DNA from: Octopus vulgaris
Taxonomy: Eukaryota
DNA: 64,000 nucleotides
Reading direction: 5' to 3'
Assembly: GCA_951406725.2 (NCBI GenBank)
Contig: OX597837.1
Location: 10,292,001-10,356,000, forward strand
Below, piece after piece: positions 52,013 through 64,000 of the stretch (position 1 is its first letter; the number at the start of each line of letters is the position of its first letter). The notes under the pieces are model-generated. The model worked only from the letters and a program-made list of their open reading frames with translations. It searched no databases and was not told the DNA's origin. Made by a program: the position numbers and the translations under genes.

Positions 52013-52680
52013 GCAACCTTTAAAAAGAAGCTATTAGGGGCTGACTACATAGTGATTTGACTGCTATTTTTATAAAGTCGACCAAAGTGAGGCTCATTAA
52101 AGACATTCGGGACGTGGCCATCCTGTCTTTTTTGCTAAATGTAAGAAAGTCGGGAGTATATATATAAATATATACAATGTAAACCAGCATTTAAAATATG
52201 TATTTTGAGGATCGATCATAATGGGTATTTGACTGCTATTTCTACTAGGTGAAGTTATTATGTTCATCAAAGACAACCGGGACATGACCATCGCACTTTT
52301 TTTATTGAATGTAGGGAACCCGGGAGGACATTATATTATACACAACGTATCGCGTTTAACGACCGCGATATAGGAGTCGTGATGTTGATTAATCGGGGGA
52401 TTTGACTGCTATTCGTAGCATATCGGCCAGATCTATTTGTGAAAGATATTCAGGCCGTTACCCGGGGTGATTCGAATGTGTATTCCTTACACATCGATTA
52501 AAACTATTTGCGAAAAACATTCAGGCCCTCTCCGTTCTGTTTACTTTTCTTTTCTTTCCCCGTTAAGTATAAGGAAAGCCGGGAGCGCGTATTTTCAATG
52601 TATCGCTTTGGCAGGAAAATATATTAGGGATTGATTTTATGGCGATTTGACTGCTATCTCTAGCAAGCCGAACGTTCACC
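51630..52680 (+). repeat. degenerate tandem array, ~172-bp unit, 5 copies
   Basis: (G)ATTTGACTGCTAT at 51784, 52054, 52226, 52399 and 52644; GTGGCCA(T/C)CCTG-like and CAATGT motifs recur in each unit. Confidence 0.8.
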
Positions 52681-52770
52681 TTTTGGCTACGGAGTGTTGT
52701 TTGTTGCATATCAAAGAAATGGTGACATTATACGGGGTGAAGATGGACGATTATATATATATAAATATAT

Positions 52771-52803
<33 letters not shown>

Positions 52804-53014
52804 CATACACATACATATATATATACATACACATACATATATATATACATACACATACATATATATGCATACACATACATATATATATACATACACATAT
52901 ATACACACATATATATATATACACACATATATACACACACACATATATATATACACACACATATATATATATACACATATATATACACTCATATATATAT
53001 ATATATATAAATAT

Positions 53015-53063
<49 letters not shown>

Positions 53064-53937
53064 CAAACACACACACACTCAAAATCAAAGAACGAAGGAG
53101 GAATGAATGAATGAAAAATTCACAAAACAATAATAACGGGGAAAATAAGAAAGAAAGAATAAGGGGAAAAAAATGGGGGCTGAAACGAATGAAAAAAAAA
53201 ATAGGGACCCATTGATTAATTAGTAACAGAGATATATGTGAAAGTAAAAAAAGTGTGTACTCACGGCTGAAAAGGGTATGTCCCTCCCTCTCGTACATCG
53301 GCTTCCAAACAACTGAGAGATATTTGTTCTTGCTCAATAACACACACACACACATACACACACGCATACAGACAGACATACACACACACACACAAGCGCG
53401 CACGCACTCTCCTTCTTTCTCTTTCACGGCCTCTTTCCCGGCTACGGTTCTCTCTGCCTATCTATTATTTCTCGTACACAGTGCGAGCGCTTGCGTGTGC
53501 GTGTGTGTGTGCACGATGTGTACATGCATGTGTGCCTCTGATATGCAGGTGTGTGTGTGTGTGTGTGTGTGTGTTGGTGTTTATTATGTCATACATTTGT
53601 CTGTATACGCCTGTCTGTGTGTGTATACCCGCGCGCGTATGCACGTGTGTGTGTGTATGTGTGTTCGTAAGTGTATGTTTGTTCGTTGGTGTATGTGTGT
53701 CCGTACCCGTTCGTTTCTCTCTCTCGCTCTCTCAGCGGCTCCCCATTTGTGACAGTATCTGTGCACGTACATATGTATGTGCGTATACATGTAACCGTGA
53801 GTGTGTGTGAGGGTGTGTGTGTGTGTGTGTGTGTGTATGCACGCATTTATGTAGGTGTATGCGCAGTGCCTTTCTGTGGATATGGTTATATGTGCGCGCG
53901 CTCATTTGCTGATGTTAATAAGCTGTGTGCGTGTGCC

Positions 53938-53974
<37 letters not shown>

Positions 53975-54270
53975 TCGTCTCCGCGTGTGCGTATATATTA
54001 CATATATATATGAATGTGTGTGTGTGTGTGTGTGTTTCTGTATGTGCGTGCGTTCGCGCGAACCTGCATGCCTGCTTGCACATGCGCGCGCGCGCGCATC
54101 GAAGCCTTGAATGAAACGAAGGGGCAACCGCTGCACAAAGGCTTGAATGAATGACTTAGCCTCACCTTTGCACAAAAAACACACAGTCACACACACACAC
54201 ACGCAGTCACACACACACACACGCACTCAGTTATACACACACACACAGAGTCATACACACACACACACAT

Positions 54271-54316
<46 letters not shown>

Positions 54317-54881
54317 ATACGCACACACACACACACACATACACAGAGTAATACACACACACTCTCACTCATACTCAGTCATACACACACACACACACAC
54401 GCACGGCACATCAGAACGGAGGCAATTTTGTGAACGTGATTGAATGAATGAAAGAATAACTGAATGAATGAATCAATGAACGAGATAAAGAGAGAGAGCG
54501 AGAGAGAGGGGGTGGGGAGAAGGCAAAGTGAATGAAGTCAGAAATGTAAGGGGAGTCGAAATAGGCACACGCGGGATAAGGGAACAAGCAAAGCAACAGA
54601 ATAGAGGATTAACGGAATAACGAATGACGGGAAAGACCGAACGAGAGACGACTTCGTTATTTCTTCTTCTTTCTTTCTCTCTTCTTTTTTCGTTTTTCTG
54701 CTTTGCTTCACTCAAAGAATGATGGGAAGAGATGCTGACTGGCGAAGGTGGCGATGGCGAAGCAGAGGCCGACACTCCACTCACACTCACACTCAAGTCT
54801 CTTACTTTCGGTTCAAGCGGATGTAAACAGCTGACTTGCTGCGCATACGCACAATTATACATACGCGTATATATATATATA

Positions 54882-55068
54882 TCATCATCATCATCATCGT
54901 CGTTTAACGTCCGTTCTCCATGCTAGCATGGGTTGGACGGTTCGACCGGGGTCTCGGAAGCCAGAAGACTGCACCAGGCCCAGTCTAATCTGGCAATGTT
55001 TCTACAGCTGGATGCCCTTCCTAACGCCAACCACTCCGTGAGTGTAGTGGGTGCTTTTTACGTGCCAC
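54882..55068 (-). mobile_element. RTE-like LINE/SINE 3' end with (GAT)n tail
   Basis: (CAT)n-CGTTTAACGTCCG..GGATGCCCTTCCTAACGCCAACC. A stub of the same end lies at 48878-48908. Confidence 0.7.
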
Positions 55069-55316
55069 CTGTATATATATATATATATGTATATATATAT
55101 GTATGTATATATATATGTATGTATATATATATATGTGTGTCTATACACGCAGCGGTTGTTGTGTGTAGTCTCGTTAGTTCTGTAGTTTTGTTTTGGCCAT
55201 CGTGATCACGGCCAGCCTGGAGCACCGGCTAATAACGATGCATGCGCATCAATGCCGACCGACGTATGAAATACACTAACGTGTACACACACACACACAC
55301 ACTGCATTGTTATGTT

Positions 55317-55381
<65 letters not shown>

Positions 55382-55729
55382 CAAACAAACAGATAGATAG
55401 ACAGACAGACAGACAGACTATTGCCGAAGTAATAGAAATTCATTACTGCATAGTCACACACACGATTAAGCCTTTATTTGTGTGTGTGTGTGTGTTCGAA
55501 AGCAATCTTAAATGTGCACGCGCCTCTATATGCATTATTATTGCTGGTGCAAGTGTTTGTGTGTGTATGCAAGCGCGCGTGCGTGTGCATGCATGAAGTG
55601 CACTCGGCACGCAAGTCATCACTCAGAGTAGTGGCGTATACGTGCACTTTTAATAATCCGTTTCTCTGTGCAGCTTGCAATAATTGTTGCAGGGTGGTAG
55701 AAGAATAACAGAGAGAGAGATGCAACGAA

Positions 55730-55765
<36 letters not shown>

Positions 55766-56697
55766 AGAGAGAGAGCGAGAGAGGAGAGAGTGGAGAGAGA
55801 GGAGAGAGAGAGAGAGAGCTTGTGTGTGTTAGACGAGCAGTTTTGGAAGACAGCACAACAGCAAAAATATATGACCCTTGTTTTGTTCTCTCGCCATCCA
55901 TCTACTTACCTATCTATCTGCAGACACAGCTTTATAATCTAGCGTTCAGAAGCAGCACCATCTTTAGGAGTGTGTGTGCGTTTGTGTCCGTGTGTGTGTA
56001 TGATAGAGTGCGAAAGAGCGAGAGATAGAAAAAGAGCCGGCAACACATCACAGCAGAAAATTTCTCCTAAAAACACATGTATACAAAGAAACCCACATAA
56101 AATTTAAACCATATATACACATGCACAATATACACACAGGGTTGTAAACACAGACGTACACATACACACAGGTACACACACACGCCGCGTACGCAAACAG
56201 ACATATATACACGCGCAGATGCGCACATTATACGCATCACATACAGTTTGAACGAGAACAGGCATACATTGTTTAATGCGAGCAAAAGTTGGAAAAAAAT
56301 CAAACTAAGGACCGAATCCTCTTTCTTATCCCTTTTGAAAGGTGTTCCTCCGTTTTTAAGGGCGACGGAGCATGAACGGTTTATATGTGCGTGTGTGTGT
56401 GTGTATACGAATGAATTGACAAACGCGTAGGTCCGTAAGAGTATATATATATCCGTGTCTATATGTGTGCGTATGTGCGCTCGTGTTGGCAATGTTACAA
56501 GGTGTACAGCGGCAGATAACATTGATATGTAACTGTAGTAGACAAGAGGCATAGCAGTGTCCTCCAGGCCGGCGCTTCGCTTCACCTGTGTAGTCGAAGC
56601 AACACGCTTGAGCGACGACTGCCGCTCGCTTCTTTCCACAATGGAAACTCATTGCATATCAAAGCGAACCTAACTCACGCAGTCGAAAAACAAAATC

Positions 56698-57128
56698 GGG
56701 ATCTTTTCGGTTTGAACGACAGTTTTTTTTCTAGCGGTGTCATATGAAATTGTCACCCATAATTATGACCCTAGTATCGACCTATTGCATTTCAATCTGT
56801 TTTAGTTTTAGTATTAGTTAGGGTTAGGGTAAAGGGTATCTTTTTTTCTTCACAAATGTAAATAAACCCGATCTGTTTCTTAAACGGGGGACATATTCAT
56901 ACGGCACAGAAGTTGTTTTTTTTTACCTCAATGGACGCCATTGATTGGTTGAAATTGCAGAAATCAAAGGAAAAAAACAACAAATATCTTACAAACTATA
57001 GAATTTTCTCAATAAAGCCATGAGAAAAAGATGTTTTATAAACACATTCTACCAGTATACGAAGTTTAAAAGTGTTTAGTTACGTGGAAATTATGTTAAA
57101 AAACTGCCGTTCAAACAAAAAAGATCCT
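56698..57128. mobile_element. non-autonomous DNA element, ~30-bp TIRs, 6-bp TSD, internal TTAGGG
   Basis: TIRs GGGATCTTTTCGGTTTGAACGACAGTTTTT / AAAAACTGCCGTTCAAACAAAAAAGATCC; AAAATC at 56692-56697 and 57129-57134; TTAGGGTTAGGG at ~56818. Confidence 0.85.
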
Positions 57129-57362
57129 AAAATCGATCCAAATGCATGACTGGTATCTTGGCTTTATTGCCACCCCCACACATGTAGATGAAAAGCATAA
57201 AGCAAACTATTCCGTATGATTTTGGAACTCAGAACCGAAAACTGGTTCTCAACTACTTTTCTTATCTACGGACAGCTTTTGGTTACAATTTAATTTTGGT
57301 GGACCCCAATAGCAGTTTGATGTTTTTGTTTGTCTTTTTTTATTAAGGAAAACTAGTTTTTA

Positions 57363-57874
57363 TCTTTTACTGGTTTCAGTCATTAGACTGCGGCCATACA
57401 GGGGTAGCTACGGCCTTGAAGGTTTTCTAGTCGAATGTATCGACCCCAGTACTTATCTTAAGTCAGGTGCTTCTCAATAACTTTTGCCGAAACGCCAGGT
57501 TGTGAGCACGTAAGCTCACCAGCACCGGTTGTCAAGCGTCGGCGAGGTGGACAAGCTCGCACTCACACACATACGACGGGCTTCCTTCAATCTCCGCCTA
57601 CCAAATCCACAAAGCTGGCGTATATATTGGTATGCCGTAGTCAAGTAGGGCTCTATAATGGTAGGCTATACAAAGAAGTTGGTATATGAGGCTGTATGAA
57701 GCAAGGGCATATGAGGGTGTCCTATATAAAGCTGTGGTATATAAGGGTAGGCTATATATAGCAGGTGTATGTTAGGGTAGACTATAGTAGAAAACACTTG
57801 CCCAGAGTGCAACGTAGTGGGACTGAGCCCCGAACCACTCGGCTTGGAAGTACGCCTTTTTACCACCCAGCCAC
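57363..57874 (-). mobile_element. SINE family A carrying a 177-bp foreign insert (57611-57787)
   Basis: The SINE reads to CCAAATCCAC, switches to the sequence of the 39.7-41.0 kb repeat, and resumes at CTATAGTAGAAAACACTTGCCC. Confidence 0.85.
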
Positions 57875-59018
57875 ACAGAAGTATAGATACCTCTTTCAAA
57901 ATTCCTATTTTGTTCGCCACACATTCATTTGTGTAGACTGAACTATGTAAAACCTTATTAGAGAAAGAAACCTAGCTGTTTCTTGCAATATATATAAAGC
58001 AACATATTTTCTTCTTTTCAGGAACCCTTAGAATACTACTGAAGACCCGATTTACTATTTTGCCCTCCGACCGGATTGTGTTTTTGTGCGACGCTCCAAG
58101 GATAGGATCGGAACAGTTTGAATGAACTTGTTAAAAAGTCAGGGAGAAAAATTCCCGTTTATATAACTGGTATCACAAGTCGAATATTTTAGAGCAGATA
58201 GTGCAGGCGATTCAATCAACACGGGCTACGATACCTTTGGGGCCAAGCGGGGTTTAGTCCCTCAGCGCGGCGCCGTGAACAAAATGTTGACCACTAGCGC
58301 TTTGAGAGAGAGAGGGAACCTCGCAAACGGAAACTGTGCGGAAGCTCGCCGTATGATGGTATAAGTGTGTGCTTCACAACTCGTGCTGGTTTCTTTCCTA
58401 CCCCTAACGTAGCGGTTGGGCAAAAAAGACCGATAGAATAAGATAAATACACACACAAAATCTCCAGGCTTGCATTCTATTGTTTAGGGGTTCGATAAAG
58501 TTAAGTACCAATCGAAAAGACTGTGATCGATATAATTACCGTTCACCACCACCACCACCACACCAATTTGCAAAGCGTAAAGAAAAGGGGCTTTGCGGTA
58601 TTACTTCCGGCTCATTACTACTGAGTTCCGAGTTCAAATCCCGGTGAGGTCAACTACTTTTTATCGCTATGGGAACGGTAAATTAAAGTTGCAGTCAATC
58701 GACCGAGACCCCTCTCCTACTATCCTCGGCCTTCTGCAAAAACCCGAAACTATTAAGGAGCTCTCTACCCCCATTTTTGACCAGGCTCCCGTGGCTTTTA
58801 TAGGTTTTTCCACGAGTAACCTTTCGAAGCGCCTCCCCCTATTGGGAGTTTTAATTGTTACTTACACTTCGTTGTTATCCTGCTTTTGTACACGGACCTT
58901 TTTCAAACGGACAAAACCCTTTGTAACTTTCGTCCTGTGTTTTGTCCCTTTATGTTTTAATTGATTTTTATTAGCCCTTGTGGTCAATAAACGAACGAAT
59001 TATTATTATTATTATTAC

Positions 59019-59220
59019 TGGCCGGCCAGCTGGTAGACTCTTTACAACGCCGGGTAAACGCCCATATTTACGTTTCGAGTTCAATTTCCGCCGAGGTCGA
59101 CTTTGCCCTTCATCCTTTCGGGATCGATAAATCAAGTACCGTACCAGTTGAACACGGAGGTCGATGTAATCGACTAAACACCGACCCCTAAGTACTGCCC
59201 TTGCGGCAAAATTTTAAACC
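59019..59220 (+). mobile_element. SINE family B
   Basis: GAGTTCAATTTCCGCCGAGGTCGACTTTGCCCTTCATCCTTTCGGG core. Confidence 0.85.
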
Positions 59221-59696
59221 GTTATTATTATTAGCAGCAGCAGCTGCAGTAGTAGTAGTAGTAGTAGTATCAGCAGCAAGAGCACTGGTTTGAACAGGAT
59301 GCTAAGCAGAATCAATAAAGCGACAGACATAACTGGACTGTGATGTCTACAGCGTCATACAGATGGAGAGTTCGAACTCAACCGACGTCCATTTTTGACA
59401 TTCGAGCATCGGGGGGGGGGGGACAATAATAAACGCTTGCACTTTAACATCGATATTATTGATTATTGCGCCTCCATCGTCGCCATCATCAGCACCAGGG
59501 CCACTACTGATGCCCCTGTGCCTTATGTCACAATCGAGGCACAGAGTTCATTCGTATTAGCATATTTCGATACAGAGAGAGAGGGGGATGGGAGATTGTG
59601 ACAACCCTCTCTCTGATGTGTCTCTTTTGGAAGATAAAATGGTGAGGCGCACACACACGTATATGTGTACTTATGTATAGAAACACACACACAAAC

Positions 59697-59768
<72 letters not shown>

Positions 59769-59852
59769 TATATGTAGTCGTAGATATGTGTATGTATATA
59801 CACGCATACACAAAACACATTTCATCTACAAACATATAGACACACACATTCG

Positions 59853-59886
<34 letters not shown>

Positions 59887-60028
59887 AAAACTTAAATACT
59901 CACACACACAAACATACACACGCATGCGAATATATATACATACATTTATATATTGACACAGAAGCTCGTTACACACAAATACGCATATATCCCAGGTACA
60001 GAGAGAGACAGAGAAAGCGTTAGAGACA

Positions 60029-60060
<32 letters not shown>

Positions 60061-60084
60061 AAGTGAAAGAGAGAATAACAAAGA

Positions 60085-60391
60085 GTGAGAGAAAGACTAA
60101 AGTGTGAGAAAGAGAGAGAGAAAGACTAAAGTGTGAGAGTGAGTGAGAGAGAGAGAGAGAAAGACTAAAGTGTGGGAGTGAGAGAGAGAGAGAAAGACTA
60201 AAGTGTGAGAGAGAGAGAGAGAGAGAGATAGAGAAAGACTAGTGTGAGAGTGAGAGAGAGAGATAGAGAAAGACTAGTGTGAGAGTGTGAGAGAGAGAGA
60301 GAAAGACTAAAGTGTGAGAGAGAGAGAGATAGAGAAAGACTAGTGTGAGAGTGAGAGAGAGAGATAGAGAAAGACTAGTGTGAGAGTGAGA

Positions 60392-60423
<32 letters not shown>

Positions 60424-60433
60424 CTAAAGTGTC
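60085..60433. repeat. minisatellite AGAAAGACTA(AA)GTGT + (GA)n, ~9 units
   Basis: A fixed core recurs with variable GA spacers. Confidence 0.9.
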
Positions 60434-60786
60434 AACGTCCCAGTGAGTCCTCACATTGTCCAATACTTGTCTATTTTTCTTTATTTTTTATCCCATATTT
60501 GCATTGTTCGAACAGTAAACAGGTACAAAGGGGCCTTTGTGCCGCACCTAAGTGTGTGTGTATTTGTGTGTGTGTGTGTGGTTGGTTGCCCCTCGTAGAA
60601 GTGTGCGTGATGGAGTGTGTGTACGGGCGTCAGCGCGTCCAGATAATGTGCGAACCTCTATAAAATCCACAACACGCGCAAGTTTCCCCCCATTATACAC
60701 ACTCGTTATCATCGTACACTGGCGAACAAAAGTGTCTCCAAGTTCGCGTCTGTCTCTCTCTCTCTCTGTCTGTCTGTCTGTCTGTC

Positions 60787-60845
<59 letters not shown>

Positions 60846-61232
60846 AAGTATATTATAACTAACTGTAATATATGTATATGTGAATGGATACACACACACA
60901 TAAATATACACACTTATATACACAAATACACATACATATATATATTCACACACATGCATACATTTATACGTACACATACATATATGTACATATACGTATA
61001 TACACACATATATCATATATACATACACACACTATATTATACATAAATATACACACATATATACACAAATACACGTACATATATATATTCACACACATAC
61101 ATATATACATTTATACTCGCACAGACATATATACATACATATATGCATACATGTACATATACGTATACACACATACATATATGCACACACATATACATAT
61201 TATTTATACATACATATATACACACACACTAT

Positions 61233-61457
<225 letters not shown>

Positions 61458-61882
61458 AGTATGCGTATAATATGCATGTACCTGTGTATGTATACACACA
61501 CGGCCATTAAAACAGACATCGATATTAGCATACCTGGCATGTATGCGTGTGTGCGAATCGGTGTATAGAACACGAAGCGTATATGACAAAATCACAAAGC
61601 CCCACCAACCACAATCGCCAGGCTTCGAAGCCGCCATCGCCGGCGTGTTGATCACGTGTCCAGCACTCGATTCGAAGTTAGAAAATAAACAGGTTTCACA
61701 CGTCTACCGTGCAATCGTCAGTAATCTGCGGCAATGCATCAACGACACAACGTCACGTTTGATACAATATGGCAGTGAAAGGCTTTGCGAAAAGAGAGAG
61801 AGAGAGAAGAAAGGACAAGAGAAAGACGTATATATGACAGAGGCAGGGGGAGGTAGGGAAAAAAGAAAAGAAAGAAACAAAG

Positions 61883-61916
<34 letters not shown>

Positions 61917-62028
61917 GTTTTTACTTTCACTTTCTATACACTTAAGTTACTATACGCCTAGGGTCGACATACTAGAATTTACACATACCAGAACCATATG
62001 CACTTATCTCTCTCTCATATATATATAT

Positions 62029-62441
62029 AGGCGTAGGAGTGGCTGTGTGGTAAGTAGCTTGCTTACCAACCACACGGTTCCGGGTTCAGACCCACTGTGT
62101 GACACCTTGAGCAAGTGTCTTCTACTATAGCCTCGGACCGACCAGAGCCATGTGAGTGGATTTGGTAGACGGAAACTGAAAGAAGCCCGTCCGTCGTATA
62201 TATGTCTATATATGTGTATATGTGTATATCTTTATGTGTCTGTGTTTGCGCCAGCCCACATCGCTTCACAACTGATGCTGGCGTGTTTACGTCCCCGTAA
62301 CTTAGCGGTTCGGCAAAAGAGACAGATAGAATAAGTACTAGGCTTAAAAAGAATAAGTCCTGAGGTTGATTTGCTCGACCAAAGGTGGTACTCCAGCATG
62401 GCCACAGTCAAATGACTGAAACGGGGAAAACAGTAAAGAGT
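62029..62441 (+). mobile_element. SINE family A, full length
   Basis: GGCGTAGGAGTGGCTGTGTGG head to CAGTCAAATGACTGAAAC tail. A further diverged copy lies at 62513-62775. Confidence 0.92.
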
Positions 62442-63536
62442 GTATGTATATATATATATATATATATATGAGTGTGTGCGTGTGTGTGTGTGTGCGCGCG
62501 CGCGCTCATATTAGGCGCGTGAGTGGCTAATGTGGTAAGAATCTTGCTTCTCAACTAGATGTTTGGAGGGCTCAATCCCACTGCGTGGCACCGTGCGCAA
62601 TTTTCTTCTACTATAGCACCGGGCCGTCCAAGGCCTTTTGAGTGGATTTGGTAGACAGAAACCGAAAGAAGAATTCGATGGACGGAAAACCGAAGCGCAC
62701 TCATCTGTCTGTATTTTTCCCCTCCTCCCACCGCTCGACCAGCGGTGTTGGTGCATTTACGTCCTCGTAACTTAGATTTCTGTTTTGCTGAAGCGCTAAC
62801 TGTTTCATACCAATACATGTATGTAAAGTAAAATTCAGGGGCCCTTAAAATACCATTGTTCATCCCGAATTTACTACTTTGCTGCAGGGACCCACAAAGT
62901 CTTATATGGCCTCAGTGGCCATATGGACCCCGGTTGACAAACACGGAGAGGCCCCTCGGATAAAAACGGATAATTTAATATAAAATTCGTTTTCAAATTT
63001 TGCTTTCATTTGAATATTTAATGCATGCTGAGCGGGATGAAACTCGAACCCCAAGCAACAGGCACCCGACTCGACCCTTAATGCCTGAGATCTTGGGCAA
63101 TGTACTCTACAATAGCCCTGGGGGCGAGAATTACCTTCGAGCGGACGAAAACTGAGCAGAAATCATCACACGATGACAACACAACCGCTATTCTGTTGAC
63201 GTTTATTCAGGCAGAAAGATGCACTCCATGCAACGATTTTCTCATAGCAACACTCAGACGTCTTTTTTCCTTCAACAGAATTTGAGTTTCGTGGAATTTC
63301 TTCCTATTCTGGACAATATTTCCCAAAGCTATTTTGGATATGGCACGAATTGCCTCCAGGTTTTATTCATTGCCCCCCCCCCCACACACACACACACACA
63401 CACATACGCTTTCACGAGGATGACCTAATTTCCAATATATTAAGAATTTATTTCGTATAGCTTTTCAGATATCTTCGTCCGACTCTAACGTACATAATTG
63501 ATGCCACTGGCCAATCTGAGTTATTTCCCTTAACTA

Positions 63537-63589
<53 letters not shown>

Positions 63590-64000
63590 CACGCAATTTT
63601 GTCAGTGAACAGGTCGCGGTTTCAAAGCGACGAAAATATTTTGACAAAATAAATTTAAATGCTGCGGTTATTCTAATGTATTTTGTGTAAATTTTAAATT
63701 GCTTTATAAACACCTTCCACGCTGCAATCGTTTTTTTTTTTTTTTATTTCGGCACACGCTTTTAGATCAGGTCACATCCTATGCAAGGACATCTTTGTTA
63801 TATATATAACACTCACATACGGAACACACGTGCTACATATGATACTGTGACTTAGCATTTCGGCAAAAGGTTTCCGATGGATTAATTACGGCTGCATAGA
63901 AAAGGACTGAGGCAGACTTAGTGGTCAAATACAGGTCGGTCGCAGTCCCTTAACTAGTAGAAGTTATTGCATTAGTGCAGATAAACTACATTTTATACAT

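Noticed and set aside
56818-56830. TTAGGG repeats as telomere or interstitial telomere
   Set aside because: Only two units, internal to a TIR element.
60085-60433. Fixed repeat with variable spacers
   Set aside because: The spacers are only (GA)n of varying length; this is a minisatellite.
63418-63780. Possible TIR element (AGGATGACCT.. / ..AGGTCACATCCT)
   Set aside because: The inverted match is short and gapped and no TSD is visible; not enough to call.

Overview
Repeat-dominated metazoan genomic DNA, most likely coleoid cephalopod (octopus-type), inferred from the SINE families and the extreme (TA)n/(CA)n/(GATA)n density. No intact protein-coding gene, rRNA, tRNA or CRISPR array is supported, and nearly all supplied ORFs are microsatellite translations. 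The window holds many copies of two or three tRNA-derived SINE families, a decayed mariner transposase (38.9-39.7 kb), a near full-length decayed DD37D (maT-type) transposon (42.6-43.9 kb), hAT/mariner/pogo-type MITEs (several with TSDs), LINE 3' ends, and Penelope-type relics with degenerate hammerhead motifs. The most notable signal is a four-block long-range inverted complementarity between unique CpG-rich sequences at 20.44-20.77 kb and 23.15-23.58 kb, whose mismatches are mostly G-U on the + strand; it is a candidate conserved RNA duplex or ADAR substrate. Other signals are a ~340 bp fold-back at 39.7-41.06 kb, a microhomology-bounded insertion of that same sequence into a SINE at 57.6 kb, and one exon-like unique island at 27.37-27.73 kb. 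All alignments and folds were done by eye, so boundaries are approximate.
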